From IMG/VR virus record IMGVR_UViG_3300038675_000398, positions 1 through 52,023 of that record: DNA of 52,023 nucleotides. One strand, 5' to 3'. Below, in pieces: positions 27,501 to 39,500 of the stretch. The first letter of the stretch is position 1; every line of letters starts with the position of its first letter. The translations under genes and the position numbers were made by a program. This DNA comes from a virus. Its lineage: Duplodnaviria > Caudoviricetes. Under the pieces are notes generated by a model. That model was not told where the DNA came from and made no database searches. It saw nothing but the letters and a program-made list of their open reading frames with translations.

Positions 27501-30500
27501 GAGTTCGTCGGCATCTATTGCTTGCTCTAGCTTGCGTGGGCCGTACTGTGTGGTATCGCTAATATCCTTTGCCTTTATTGGAGAAATCTCATACCGCCAT
27601 TTCTTATCCGCTCCTCTTTCCCAGCCGGTAGCCAGACGGATTGCCTTAGCATCCATTCCCTGGTCCTCCATCTCCCTAGCTACCCTCAGATTATCCAACC
27701 TAATCGTAGCATCCTCGGCCCTATCCAAATTCCCTGCGCCTTCCTCGCCAATAAGTCTATAGCGTATTTCGGGATCTCCAGACATGGATAGGGTTACGTA
27801 ATCTTCCTTTCCATTGTCAACAAGGATCTTTTCCACCTCGGCATCTGAAAGCACCCTTTCCACCTTCATAGACCCAGCAATAGGCCAGACCCCGGATCCG
27901 GTGGCATTCGGGTTGGTTTTGAAGTTGTATGCCTCTTTCGGTCCAATAACACGTTCCCTAATCCCGGACCTTTGTCCATTTGGCAGTAGGGTAGTGTTGT
28001 CGCTCTCAGCTTGCGTTTTCTCGCTCATGGCCGGCATAAGCACCTTTGCCCACACCCTGGTTTCTCCACTTTTCCTTACCTTTCCCTGCAAGAACAACGG
28101 AAGATCAACCGCATGGATCCCCGGTCTCTCGGCCAGGTTTTTGCCACCGATCTTTACCGATTGCCTCTCTGCCTTATACCACACTCCTTTCTTAAACCCC
28201 TTCTTCCCGGCTTCGTCTTTAGCGTATAAAGGATAAAGAACACCCGGTTTATTATTGAAATAGCGCATAAGCTTATAGGCTACCTGTGTTTTTTCGGGGA
28301 TCTCTTCTTCCGTTAGCTCTGTGTAGGTGCTAGAACCCTTCTCATTCATGAACTTTTTGGCAGCCACCATATCGTTTAACATGGTTTGCTGCTTTTCGTA
28401 CCGCACTTGCTCATCCAGTAGTCCCTGGGCGGATAGACTCTCGTAGTTGTTTATAATATCTTTGTCCTGTTTTATAGTTAGGACGTCTAATAACTGGGAG
28501 TCAATTAGCTTAAGCCCATCTTTGAGATCCGACAATTCAACGTTATTAAACTGCCTATTTGACGCAAGCATAACATAAATACCATGCTTGCCGACTGCCG
28601 GCCAAATGGTATTTAGCATTTCCGATGTTGACAAATTGCCGTCCATTAAGAAATACCGGCTAACCATAAGCGCTCTATCCAAAATCATAACATGGATCTT
28701 GCCATTAATCCCCCTCTTTTGCCGACTTATAAATTGCGCCACCTTATCGGGTTCGTTTAACTGGATTCTTCGACTTGAAGGCATGTACAATGTCTGTCTG
28801 TCAAAAGCATAAATATCTACCGGGGACACGTCACCCATGTCCTCCTTGCGTGGCCTATCGGGATGGTTGGTAAAGTGTTGTGTAAATTCCGCATACTTTC
28901 CTGTGTCCAGGTTTATGATAATGCCCGGCATAGCTTCTATGCCCATCTCCCTGGCTATCTGGCCAATTCTTGTTTGGCACTTAATGTCATTATCCGAAGG
29001 TTTAAGTGATCCTGAAGGGTGGTTGTGAACCATACAGATTTTTGCTGCGTCAAACTCTTTGATCGCTGCAGGGATACTCTTAAAATCAATAATGGTTGAG
29101 TATTCGTTCCCTGTGGATAGATAAAGCACCCGGTGGTTGTTCTTTTTGTCGATTAGAACAATAAACGCATTCTCGGATGATGCGCTTTCCAGATTTTTGA
29201 ACAAGAAGGCAACGTCTCCCGGCCCGTTTATTTTAGCAGGACCGGTAAGCGGATTACCCATGAAAGTTACGGCGCCGTTATTTGAAAGGACTCTTTCTAC
29301 AGAGGTGAATCCATGATCGATAATCGGATTATAACCGGCCGATTGTTGTATTTTGGCAATATCGGGGTCAGCAACGATGGCTGCGGCACGCTGGGCTGGT
29401 ACGTCTCCGACCTGCTCGTCCCAGGACAGCTGCATTTGGACTGCGTCCTCTTGCAGGATTGAGCTTCTTCCTTTATTGTTGCCATTGTTATCTGTAAAGG
29501 TAGTGCTATTTCTGTATTCATACAAACTTTCTTCTTCCAGGGAATCGGTTGCTGCCTCCGCTTCTTGAGCCATGCGGTACCTATTTTCTCCATTCTCATC
29601 CTGGTCAACATCTTCTTCGTCATTATTAGGAGTATCATCATTCTCTGTTGATATATCTGTTATATTAAGGCCTTCCCCATTTCCCCTCTGGCTATACTTG
29701 GCCTCTTTCTCGGCCAGCTCTTTCCGCATGGCTTTATCATATTCTTCAACTCTTTTTTGCGCAATTTCCAATTCATCTTCTTGATCAAATGGTTTCCCCC
29801 TCCGCTCAAGCATGGCTTGGTTTTCCCTCTGTATATGGTCTAAAGATCTTCTGGCTGTATTTAATTCTTGTTCATAATAAGCCCCTGGAATGACGTTATT
29901 AATAATTTCCTCTACTACTTTGCTTACATAACCTCCCCCAATTGGTTCCTTATTTAATCCTAGCGTTGGTGCGTCATAATATACCTTCCTGTGCATGATA
30001 ATCCTCATGCCATGGAACTTTTGATCATAAGTGGTATCTCTGCTTACAACTGTAGTTATAGTAAATTCAACGCCATTTATCTTTAGGACAACTGGGAATT
30101 TTTCTTTGGTGAAACGATTATTATTCCTGGCGGCCTCTATTGCTTCGTTAAGAGGTTTGTTGACATAATCTTTAATTATCGCATCAAGGCCTAATGCGCC
30201 GCTCACCTTATGGCCTTCGAGATATATTTCCTTGGCCTCTCCGTTAGGGAAGTGTTTTTTGATCTGGCTGACGATATTCTCTAGTTCAGCGACTCTTTTC
30301 TGGCTATCTTGCGTTTTTAATTCATTCCTCCTTAATTGATTCTCAATATATATTTGGTCTTGTTCATGCTGCTTTTTTTTGCTGAGCAATCTTCGCAAAG
30401 CTTTTTCTGCAAAGTTTTTCTTCAAAGCAAATTGGCTACCTGAAAGGTGCGCCACTGTGTCCGTAAATATATCGTCTCCTTCATCTTCTATACTTCTTGT

Positions 30501-33500
30501 TTCCATGGAATCATTCATAATAGCATTGCCGTCCATAATACTATTAATGAATTTCGATTTAGTGTCCAGCCTTTGGTATGAAGTAATATCAAGGGAATCA
30601 ACCACTCCAAAACGCAATATCCGGACCTCTTTATCCCACTCCTTATGTAAATTGCCTTGTCGTAGGATGCGGCCGTTACGTTGGGTGTATTGCATAGGCA
30701 GGTCGGGTGCGTCAATATGAATAAGGGTATGAAGTCTCTCCTGTATATTTACCCCAGTGCCCAAGGTCCCTGTACTTCCCATAATCACACGTACATTACC
30801 CTCGTTGACTTCGGCAAATAGCTTTTGCTTACTTTTGATGTCCATATTGCCCTTCATGATAGCAATTTGTGACTCTGGTGTCCCTTGTGCAATAAGCTTT
30901 TGTTTTATATCCTCAAAAATGTTGAATGTAACTTTCCCATTCTCCATTCTGTTTTGATTATCACAGAACACAGCTACCGTGCCTTTATATGCCTTGGTTT
31001 CCTCTAGCGTTTTTAATATTTCGGTAACTGTTCTATTGGTCTTGCTAAGCGGTTCATCAGGTGCTTCTTTGCTGACAAGACGTGTATCAATGGCAGCTCT
31101 TTTAGCAATACCATACATGACAATTGGTATATGGCTATTCTCCTTCTTTTCCTTGCCGCTCATATTCTCAAATTTCTCCAGCTCACGCCTTACGGCCTTA
31201 AGTATAGCCACAAGAGAATCAGACTGCTCCATATATACGTCCTGCGCTTTCCCAGTCTCAATTTTGGGGATCTTGTCGTTTATATAGCCCACATCTTTGG
31301 TTAGTATCGTATCACTATGCGAGGCCCATATACGTACTAATTCTGGTATGTTTATATACCTGGCAAATCGTGTGTTTTCTTTATACTTGCCACTTGTGGC
31401 CCATTCTACCACCTGTTCTATGCTCCCAAAATTCCTGGCGAAATCATCAAAATACTTAAGATCATTTTGTTCCAGGACATCTTTAGGAAGCAAAAAGCGC
31501 ATGAAGGTCCACAGCTCTGCCGTTGTGTTTGTAATCGGAGTGCCGGTAGCAAATATGATATTCTTGCCACCAGTCTGGTCCAATATGGCTCTTGATTTAA
31601 TATATAAGCTGGCGGCCCTCTTGCTTCTGCTTGTGTCAATACCCTTCACGCCCCTTGCCATGGTTGTCTCATAACCTAGTTTCTTATATGCGTGTACTTC
31701 GTCTATCAGCAAGGCATCTACTCCCAAATCATCAAAATACTGCACATCATCCACTTTTCTGTCAAGCTGCTTTTCGGCTCTTGTCGCTGCGTTACTAATT
31801 GCTATTCCCTTGCGTTTTTCATTGTTGGCGTTTTTCTTTTTACTCTTTGCCTTCTTCTCTGTTCTGCCTGTCAATTCACCGTAAAGATCTTCCAGTTCCT
31901 TTTCGTACCGGCGAACTGTTCTTTGATCTTCTCCTGAATCTCTCAAGGCCTCAATAGTGTGCAATTTCTCGTCAATCTTCTCCCTGATGAAAGTTTCTAA
32001 CCTTTCAGGACTGTCGGGGATCATATCAAAGGTGCTTTGCGGTATGACTACCATATCCCAATCATTGTACTTTATGTTGGAATAAAACCTTAACCGGCCA
32101 TCTCTGTCTCTGTCGCTATCTGTAAGAGACAATATCTTTGCGTTGGGGTATAGCGCTTTTGCTTCGGAAACAAACTGGCCTATTGTAGCATTCTGCACTA
32201 CTATCATGGGTTTCTTTGCGGTCCCTAAACGCCGCATTTCCATTGCCGTTGCCACAAGGGTAAACGTTTTCCCGGATCCAACTTCATGAGCAAACATAAG
32301 TGGCTGCATTGTTCCCCTAATAGCCGCTTTCTTCTGGTGTGGATACAACTTAATATATTCTGCAGATCCAGGTAGCCTCTCCGGAACAAATATATCATCT
32401 ATCTTTAGCGGTGCGATGGCATTATACTTTTCGTTGTAGATGACTTTCAGACCTGCTGACAAATCCGCATCAGACGCAATCTTAGTTTGTATGTAATCCT
32501 TGAACTCTTCTTTTATTTCCTGTATCCTGGCCGTTGCAGCACTTGTGGCGTCTTTGTCGTTTATGGTTTCGGACGTGCCGTCTGAATATTTAACTTGCTT
32601 GCTAAATACTATATTCCTGTTGTTCATAGCAGCAGCAGCAAGTTCATGACCTTTCACCCTCTTGTCTACAATGGAGCTATATACTCCTTTCTGAATGTTC
32701 TTTTGGTTACTTGTATTGTCTTTGTCCTCTACTATCCATGTTCCCTCTATCTGCCTAACAGCAACCTCAACATCATACATATCCTTGAAGTACTCAATAA
32801 ATACTTTAGCTGGAAGCCAGGTTGACCCAATCCCGATATCAATCAGATGCGTAGGTATATCAAGCGGAATAACTTTGTTAAGTGCTTCAATATTTTTTTC
32901 ATAAATACCATCTATATTACCATTTTCGGCAATACGCAATTTCTCCCTAACGTTGCCACTTAGATAGATATGTCTTGGCACAACTGCGCCTGACTCCGGA
33001 TCAGAAAATCCATAACCTTCTCTTATTATCTCCTCTATTACAGCTTCATCAGGTATCTCAAGTTTACTGGCAATATATTGAACATCAATAGTGCCGTATT
33101 TATGTATGCTGGCGATTACGGCGTCTTTGATATTTTTGGGCTGCGGTTCAGCCTTGAACCCAACAACACGTTCAGTGAACAGTTTGGTTTTAGAGGCCTT
33201 GATTATTTTTTTGCCGTCTATTGTCTTGGTCTCATAATATTCCTCTATAGCAGCTATGGCCGGGAATTCAACATCTTTACGTAACCAGGAAATTGAAGCA
33301 TTGTTATTGAGATATCCATAATTGGCCACAAATAAGTCATAAACTCTGTTTAGACGAGCCAGGAGTGGTTTTAATCCTTCGTCCCCCTTGTTGGTCGTTT
33401 GATAATCAAGAAGGCTATTAATAGCGTCTTTTATGGTATTATAATCCCTAAGCACTTTGGTCTTAGCGTGTCCTTTTACCTTTTGGTTATTAATGCCGGG

Positions 33501-36500
33501 ATCTGCAGCAAAGCCACGAGACGATATCGCAATCTTGCCGTTCTTGTCAATGAATAACTGGCCATCCTTTATATCTGTAGCTTCATGTTCTCTCCGATCT
33601 ACGTTTTGAGATTTGGTATCAAATTCTGTCCCATTAAAACTATTAACCCATTCTGCAAGTCTTTCGTTTTGATTAATAGTGCTTTTTGGATACAAGCTCA
33701 TGGATAACGGCCTGTAGGTATCGTTTTTCTCAAAGCCAAAGGCCATTACGCCACCCATGCTATTCTGGTTTTTAATGAAATAGCTATTATAGATAAGATC
33801 TACCGATTTGAATACTTTATCATATTGACGTAGCTTATTATTCCATTTCAAATCTCCGGTATCATAGTCTAGGCTTCTTTCAACAGCTGTGGATAATACG
33901 TCAATAGCCTCTGTTGACACTTTTCCGCCAATCCTTTTTCTTACAACAATAATATCACTCGTTACACTGGTCCCCTCGAAGGTTTCGTTATTCAAGCGGA
34001 ATGCGCCTATTACATCGGCGGATCCTTTTGTCCCTACCCACTCTCTTAATTTCTTGCTGCTATCCAGCGTCCCTTTTGTAGTTATAAATATGCCAATGCC
34101 ACCTTCTTTCAGCTTTCGGATATTCTTTGCAATTACAAAGTCGTGTATGTTTTTGAATTTTGTGGAGAGGTCTTTATCTACCTTATCATAAACATTCAAC
34201 CCGGTAACGAATGGGACGTTGGTTATTGCAAGGTCCACAGATCCGTTACGTATCTCCGTATCCTCGAATCCGGAAATAGATACATTGGCATCCGGATATA
34301 AAAGCTTCAGGATGCCTCCGCTTATTGGGTCAATCTCAACGGCGGTAATGGATGAGTTATTGCTTATAGATTGCGGCATATAGCCAATAATAGATCCAAT
34401 CCCGGCACTACTTTCCAGTATGCTGCCTCTCTTGAAGCCAAGCTTTTTCGCCAGGCTCCACATTGAATCAATTACAACGGATGGCGTATAGTAAGATGAC
34501 CATACGCTCTCGCTTGCTCTTTGATATTCCTCGGAGTCTAATACAGATAGAAGTGTTTGGTTCTCCGGTGTATTGTCGTTGAAGTATGATCCTAACCCAC
34601 CCCAGCCGCTAAACTTGCGCAAGACACCCATTTGCTCCCGGGTAGGAACAGTAACGCCGCTATTATTTAACTCACGCATGAGCTTAATAGCCTCTATGTT
34701 GGCATTAAATCGGGCCTTTGTTGCCTTCGGGAAATAATCTACGCCTCTTTCGTTTCGGTTGTTGTTGGCGTTTCGTCTCTCAGTTCCGGAAGTCTGTTCT
34801 GAAGATGCGTCAGAAGTTCTTGTGCTTCGTACCTGGTCAGGGCCATTATTGTCCGTATCGCTTCGATCCACTCGTCCTCGGTTAGGCTCTCCAGTGTTTT
34901 GTTGTGCTGTTTTTCCCACTCCAGCACTCTCCGTTTCACTTCCTCGTTTCTTGTACTCATTATTGTTATCTTTATTGGTTATACTATCTTCTTCCTGGAA
35001 TAAAGGTAGCTGATTTTCATCAGTTTTCCTAACTTTCACAGGATTTACTTTCGTGTTTTTTACCTTTTCTGGAGTTACTTTTACTTCGTTTATTTCCTGC
35101 TCCAACCCTCTTGATCTCAGCTCTTGGTTCAGCCCCTTTAACAGCGTTTCAGCTAATTCTTTTGCCGTTACATCGACACTTGTCCATTGGTTGGATAGTC
35201 CTCCCCATTTATCCTGTTTCGTTGTTACACGCCAAAGGATTGACCCCTTTACATGGTAGTCGTCATACGAATCACGATAATCAGGGGAGTATGGTATTGA
35301 AACGTAAACGCCATAATCGGGATTCTTCTTGCTCCATAAGACAAAGGTTACATCCCCACCGGCTGGTGCTATGTTCACGTTGACTATCTCCATTTTCCCT
35401 TTCCGGTCTGTATCATGCTCCAATCCTGTCATAGCTGCCACCGCTCTCACGTATGCAGTCGCATCTTTCTTGATTGGCCCTTTTGCCAATATGTTTATTG
35501 GGTAATCGGCTTCGATACCATCGGTGGAATATTCCTTATCGGTCAATTTCAGCTCAGCCAACTTCTCATCTACCTGATTGAGAAGTGTTTCAATTTTTTC
35601 TACTTGTTCCCCGGCTTGCTCTTTGATGTCTCCGGCCCTCTGTTGATCACTTCCGACATTTTCCGACTCACCTCGGATAGATTCTGATGCTGCTTCAACA
35701 GCCTCTGTTTCAGCTTCAATAGTCTCTGTGCTTCTTGTTTCTTGTCCATTATTTTCTGTTTCTTTCTTTGGGTTATCAAAATAGTTGGGGGCTTCCTGGT
35801 AAAGAACTTCATTCAGCGGCGCTGGATCCCAATAGAAATCAAGCTCCATGCCCCTTATGTTCGTAACTTCCTTTATAGACTGATACCCGAATTCGCTCAT
35901 TTCATAATCCCCATTCAGGATCGTATATGTGTACATCAGTCCTTCGTCTCTGTCTATATCCAGGACATATATGTCAGTCTGACCAATGAAGTAATGTGCA
36001 TATACTACGCTCTGATACCCTTTATCCTGGGGTCTGCTGGGTATAGCCTCCAGGCTCTTTTCAACATCCTGGGTAATGCTTTCAATCTCTTCACTTTTAT
36101 TCCTCCACATTTCACGCACCGCTGTCTTCTGCGTCTCTGGAATATAGACGTTGCATAACTTGTAGTCAGAAAATGTTTTCCTTATCTCCTGCCTGGGCTT
36201 TTCTTTTGCTTTCTCTGCAGCCGCAAAAACAGAAACCACGCCGGAAGATTCTTCTGGTTTAGTCTCTGCTTGCTTCTTTATGAATCTTGGATGCCGGTAT
36301 GATATATCTATGGTTTTTTCTGTCCTATATTTAGGATTATATATTTTCAATATCTCTCCTTGCTGATTTTCTACTTGTGTATAAAGCCCACTTGCCCCAT
36401 GAGTGCTGGATCCCCCCCATTCATACCCTACTTCTACTGTGTAACCATTGAGCTTATATGTGTTTATCTTGACCTCTTTCCCTTCTATCATTTCATAGTT

Positions 36501-39500
36501 ATGGTTATCAAGGTCTTTTTGATAATCAACATTTCCGTTCGTTATCGCTGCATCTTGAAATTCTCGTATGTCCTTCAGAAATTTATTTGCTTGCCATCTG
36601 CTGATAGATGTTTTAGCCCATAGTTGCTCATTATGTGGGGCAAGATCTGAAAGTGAAGCGAAAATATTGTCAATCTTTTCAGTCAGAGCTTGCTTATCCG
36701 CTTTAACTTCTTCACTTTCTGACTTCTGGTCGTTTTCTGTATTGATGTCGGATAACTTGAAAGCCCGGATTGCCTTCATTTCATCCAATTCGTCTATATC
36801 ATTCTCGGCTGCAAATGCTCCGTATGCCTTCTTTAGCGCACTAAGTAGGTCTTCGGTAATCTGTATGCCCTTTTTGGCAAGACGATTAACCAGGTCGGCA
36901 AATTTATACACTCCCAATTTGGTATATGCGGCAACCATCTTGGTACCGGCTATCAGCATTTTAGCCTGTTTCTCGGCTGTATTATCTATTATGCCGGGGC
37001 TATTGTCCTGGAGGTCGTTGAACGCTTCTAAAAACTCGGCCGTTGCTTCATCGGCCTCTCTCTGCAATCTTTCTTCCGTACTTTCTTCTGCTTTCTTGGC
37101 TGCATCAAATACGGAAACTAAGCCTTGATCTGATTGCTCCTGGCCGGGATCTTCTTTTTGTTCCGAACGTGTGGGCTGAGTATCTACTTCTGATCCTGAT
37201 CTTTCGTTTGTTGCTGGACTAGCTTTTGCCTGTTCTCCAGCATCTGCAGAAATTCCTGGTCCTCCTGGCTCATTGTCTTTTGGACCTCCTGGTAAAACTG
37301 CTCCTTGGTCATTGGCTGCTCCTGACTGGGCATTTGCTGCCCGGGCCGCCTCGATTGTTCTTCGTTGTTCATCGTTATATTGATTTTCTAATTCCTTGTA
37401 AACGTCATCTTTGGTCTCTATTTCGCCGGTAAACATATTGGCTATTGGATCTTTCAGCCTCTTGTTGGCAAGCTGCACGTAATCCCGGAAATCCTTTTCC
37501 GTTCCCTGCAGCATTAAGGCATTCCGCACTCCATTCAGGTCATAAGTGGCTGCCTCAAACATATTGGACTGCAGGAAATATTCCCGGAGCGTCATACCGG
37601 CCTTCTTGGCCCCATAAAGATACTTAATTCCGGTGTTAATGTCATCAATTATCCTTACTTCTTCTCTTAATTTGCTGTTTTCAATAAGTGGAACAATGGC
37701 TTTGACAACACGTTGCCGGGTTGACTTCATCCCTTCGGTGGCAAGGATCTTGACCTGATCCTCTTTCATAACAGATCCTACCAGGACGGATTCCAGGAAG
37801 TCTTTCCCTGCAGGGGTAAAGCTTCCGTTTTCAAATAGCTCCGGTAGCTCATTCTGATTGATCAATCCACCTTCTGTAAGATACTTTGCTATAGCGGTGC
37901 TTGCTCTCTCGTTCTGGTACAGGTCGCTTAGCCTTTCATATCCATCTAACTCCCGGGATATAAGGCCAACAACATGGGTATTATCCCTTTTGCTTACAAC
38001 AATAGCACGTTCCGTAGGTGTTTTGCTCTTTGTTTCTCGCTGATTAAATAAGGCAAAGGTTTCCGTATTTAGGGGAAGATCCTCGCTGATTTCAACATAT
38101 AACCGGGGATTCTTGAATTGCGCAATTTGCTCCGGGGTAAAGCCCATTTTCTTGGCTTTCTCGGCCAGGGCTTCCCGGTACTTGGTGTCTGTTCCTCTTT
38201 CGGCTGCCAGGATCCCGGACATGGTGCGGTTGTTACCTGATATGACAATCCCGTTTTTCACAAAGATAGGATGATCTATTGCCCTGGAATCATAGCTTTG
38301 CGCCATTGTTTCCACCTCGGCTGCCTTCTTGGTATAGTCATTGTCGTTGACGTTCTTTCCGTCCTTGGTTACCGGAAAACCCTCTGAGGGCTGCAAAGTA
38401 TGTGGATCATGGCTCGGTGTGGGTGCCCAGGCCTCGGTAAGGATCCAGCGACCTTTAATCTGTTTGCCGTTTGGCAGGGTAAACGTTTCCTCAATGCCTT
38501 GCTGTTTAGGCGTATTCTTCCATTTGTCGGCAATATTCTGACCGACCTGTCCTGCTTGGACCGGCTGTGCCGTCTGTCCGTCTGTTACTTCAGGGGTCTG
38601 CGGTGTCTGCGGCTTGGAACCTTTTACGATAAGGCCGGTAAGGGCATCCCTGCGCTGCTGAAGCTGGTCAATATTTCGGTTAATAGATACAATCTTATTG
38701 GTTGATGTTTCCTTTTCCAGCCTCTTTTGCAGCTTTTCTATCTGCGCATCGGTTTGTTTTGCAAGGGCGGACATGGTGTTGGCAGCTTTTTCTTCTCCTA
38801 TTGCCTTTGCCAGCTCCTGGGCATAAGTTTCCGGATCCGCATCTAACAAGGCATCAAAGTCTGTTTCTCCATCCTCGGTTTTCGGCAGTTCTTTGGCCGG
38901 GGTCTCAGGCTCCACTTGCTCCTGGGCTGCTTCTTCCTGTTCCTGGGCAAGTTCTTCTTGCTCCTGTTCCGCTTGCTCTTGCGCTTCTTGCTCTTGCGCT
39001 GCTTGCTCTTGCTCAGCCTGGGCCAGCTCTTCTGTTTGTGCTGCGGTAACGGCAGTGGGCTGGTTCAGGGCCTTGTACTGATCTGCAGTTAGCATTTCTA
39101 CATGGTTGCCGAAATGGACCGTTATGGATCCGTCAGGGGTAATGGCCTGGGGTGTCCCCTCGGTCATAACTCCGTTGATGTTAAAGTATTGCGGCACTCC
39201 TAATTCTATGCTATTAAGGAAGTTCGCATCTTCTTCAATCTTTGTTTCCTCGGCCAGTTCCTGCGTCTGTTTGGTCATGATCATTTCGGACAAATACTCA
39301 TCCTTGGACGTAAGTACGGAGGGTGTGTAGTTGGCCTGGTACTCGCTCTTTGAAACCATTTTTGTCTGCCCGTCCAGGCCTTTAATGACAATCAGCGGCT
39401 CCAGTTCATCGGCAACGTCGGAAAGCACGTAATTGGCATTGCCGTCTTTGTCAACGGCCATTTCCACTTCACCTTTCTTGTTGGTGTATTCTCCTATCTC

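Noticed and set aside
29297-29641. Fourth +1-frame ORF inside the giant gene (114 aa, or from MATIKEEAQ)
   Set aside because: Weaker start context and a non-globular Cys/Pro/Ser-rich product; explainable by the naturally open +1 frame of an acidic linker.
38900-39060. Repetitive gcttcttgctc DNA
   Set aside because: Simply encodes an E/Q/A-rich linker (AEQEQAAQEQEAQEQ) of the giant protein.
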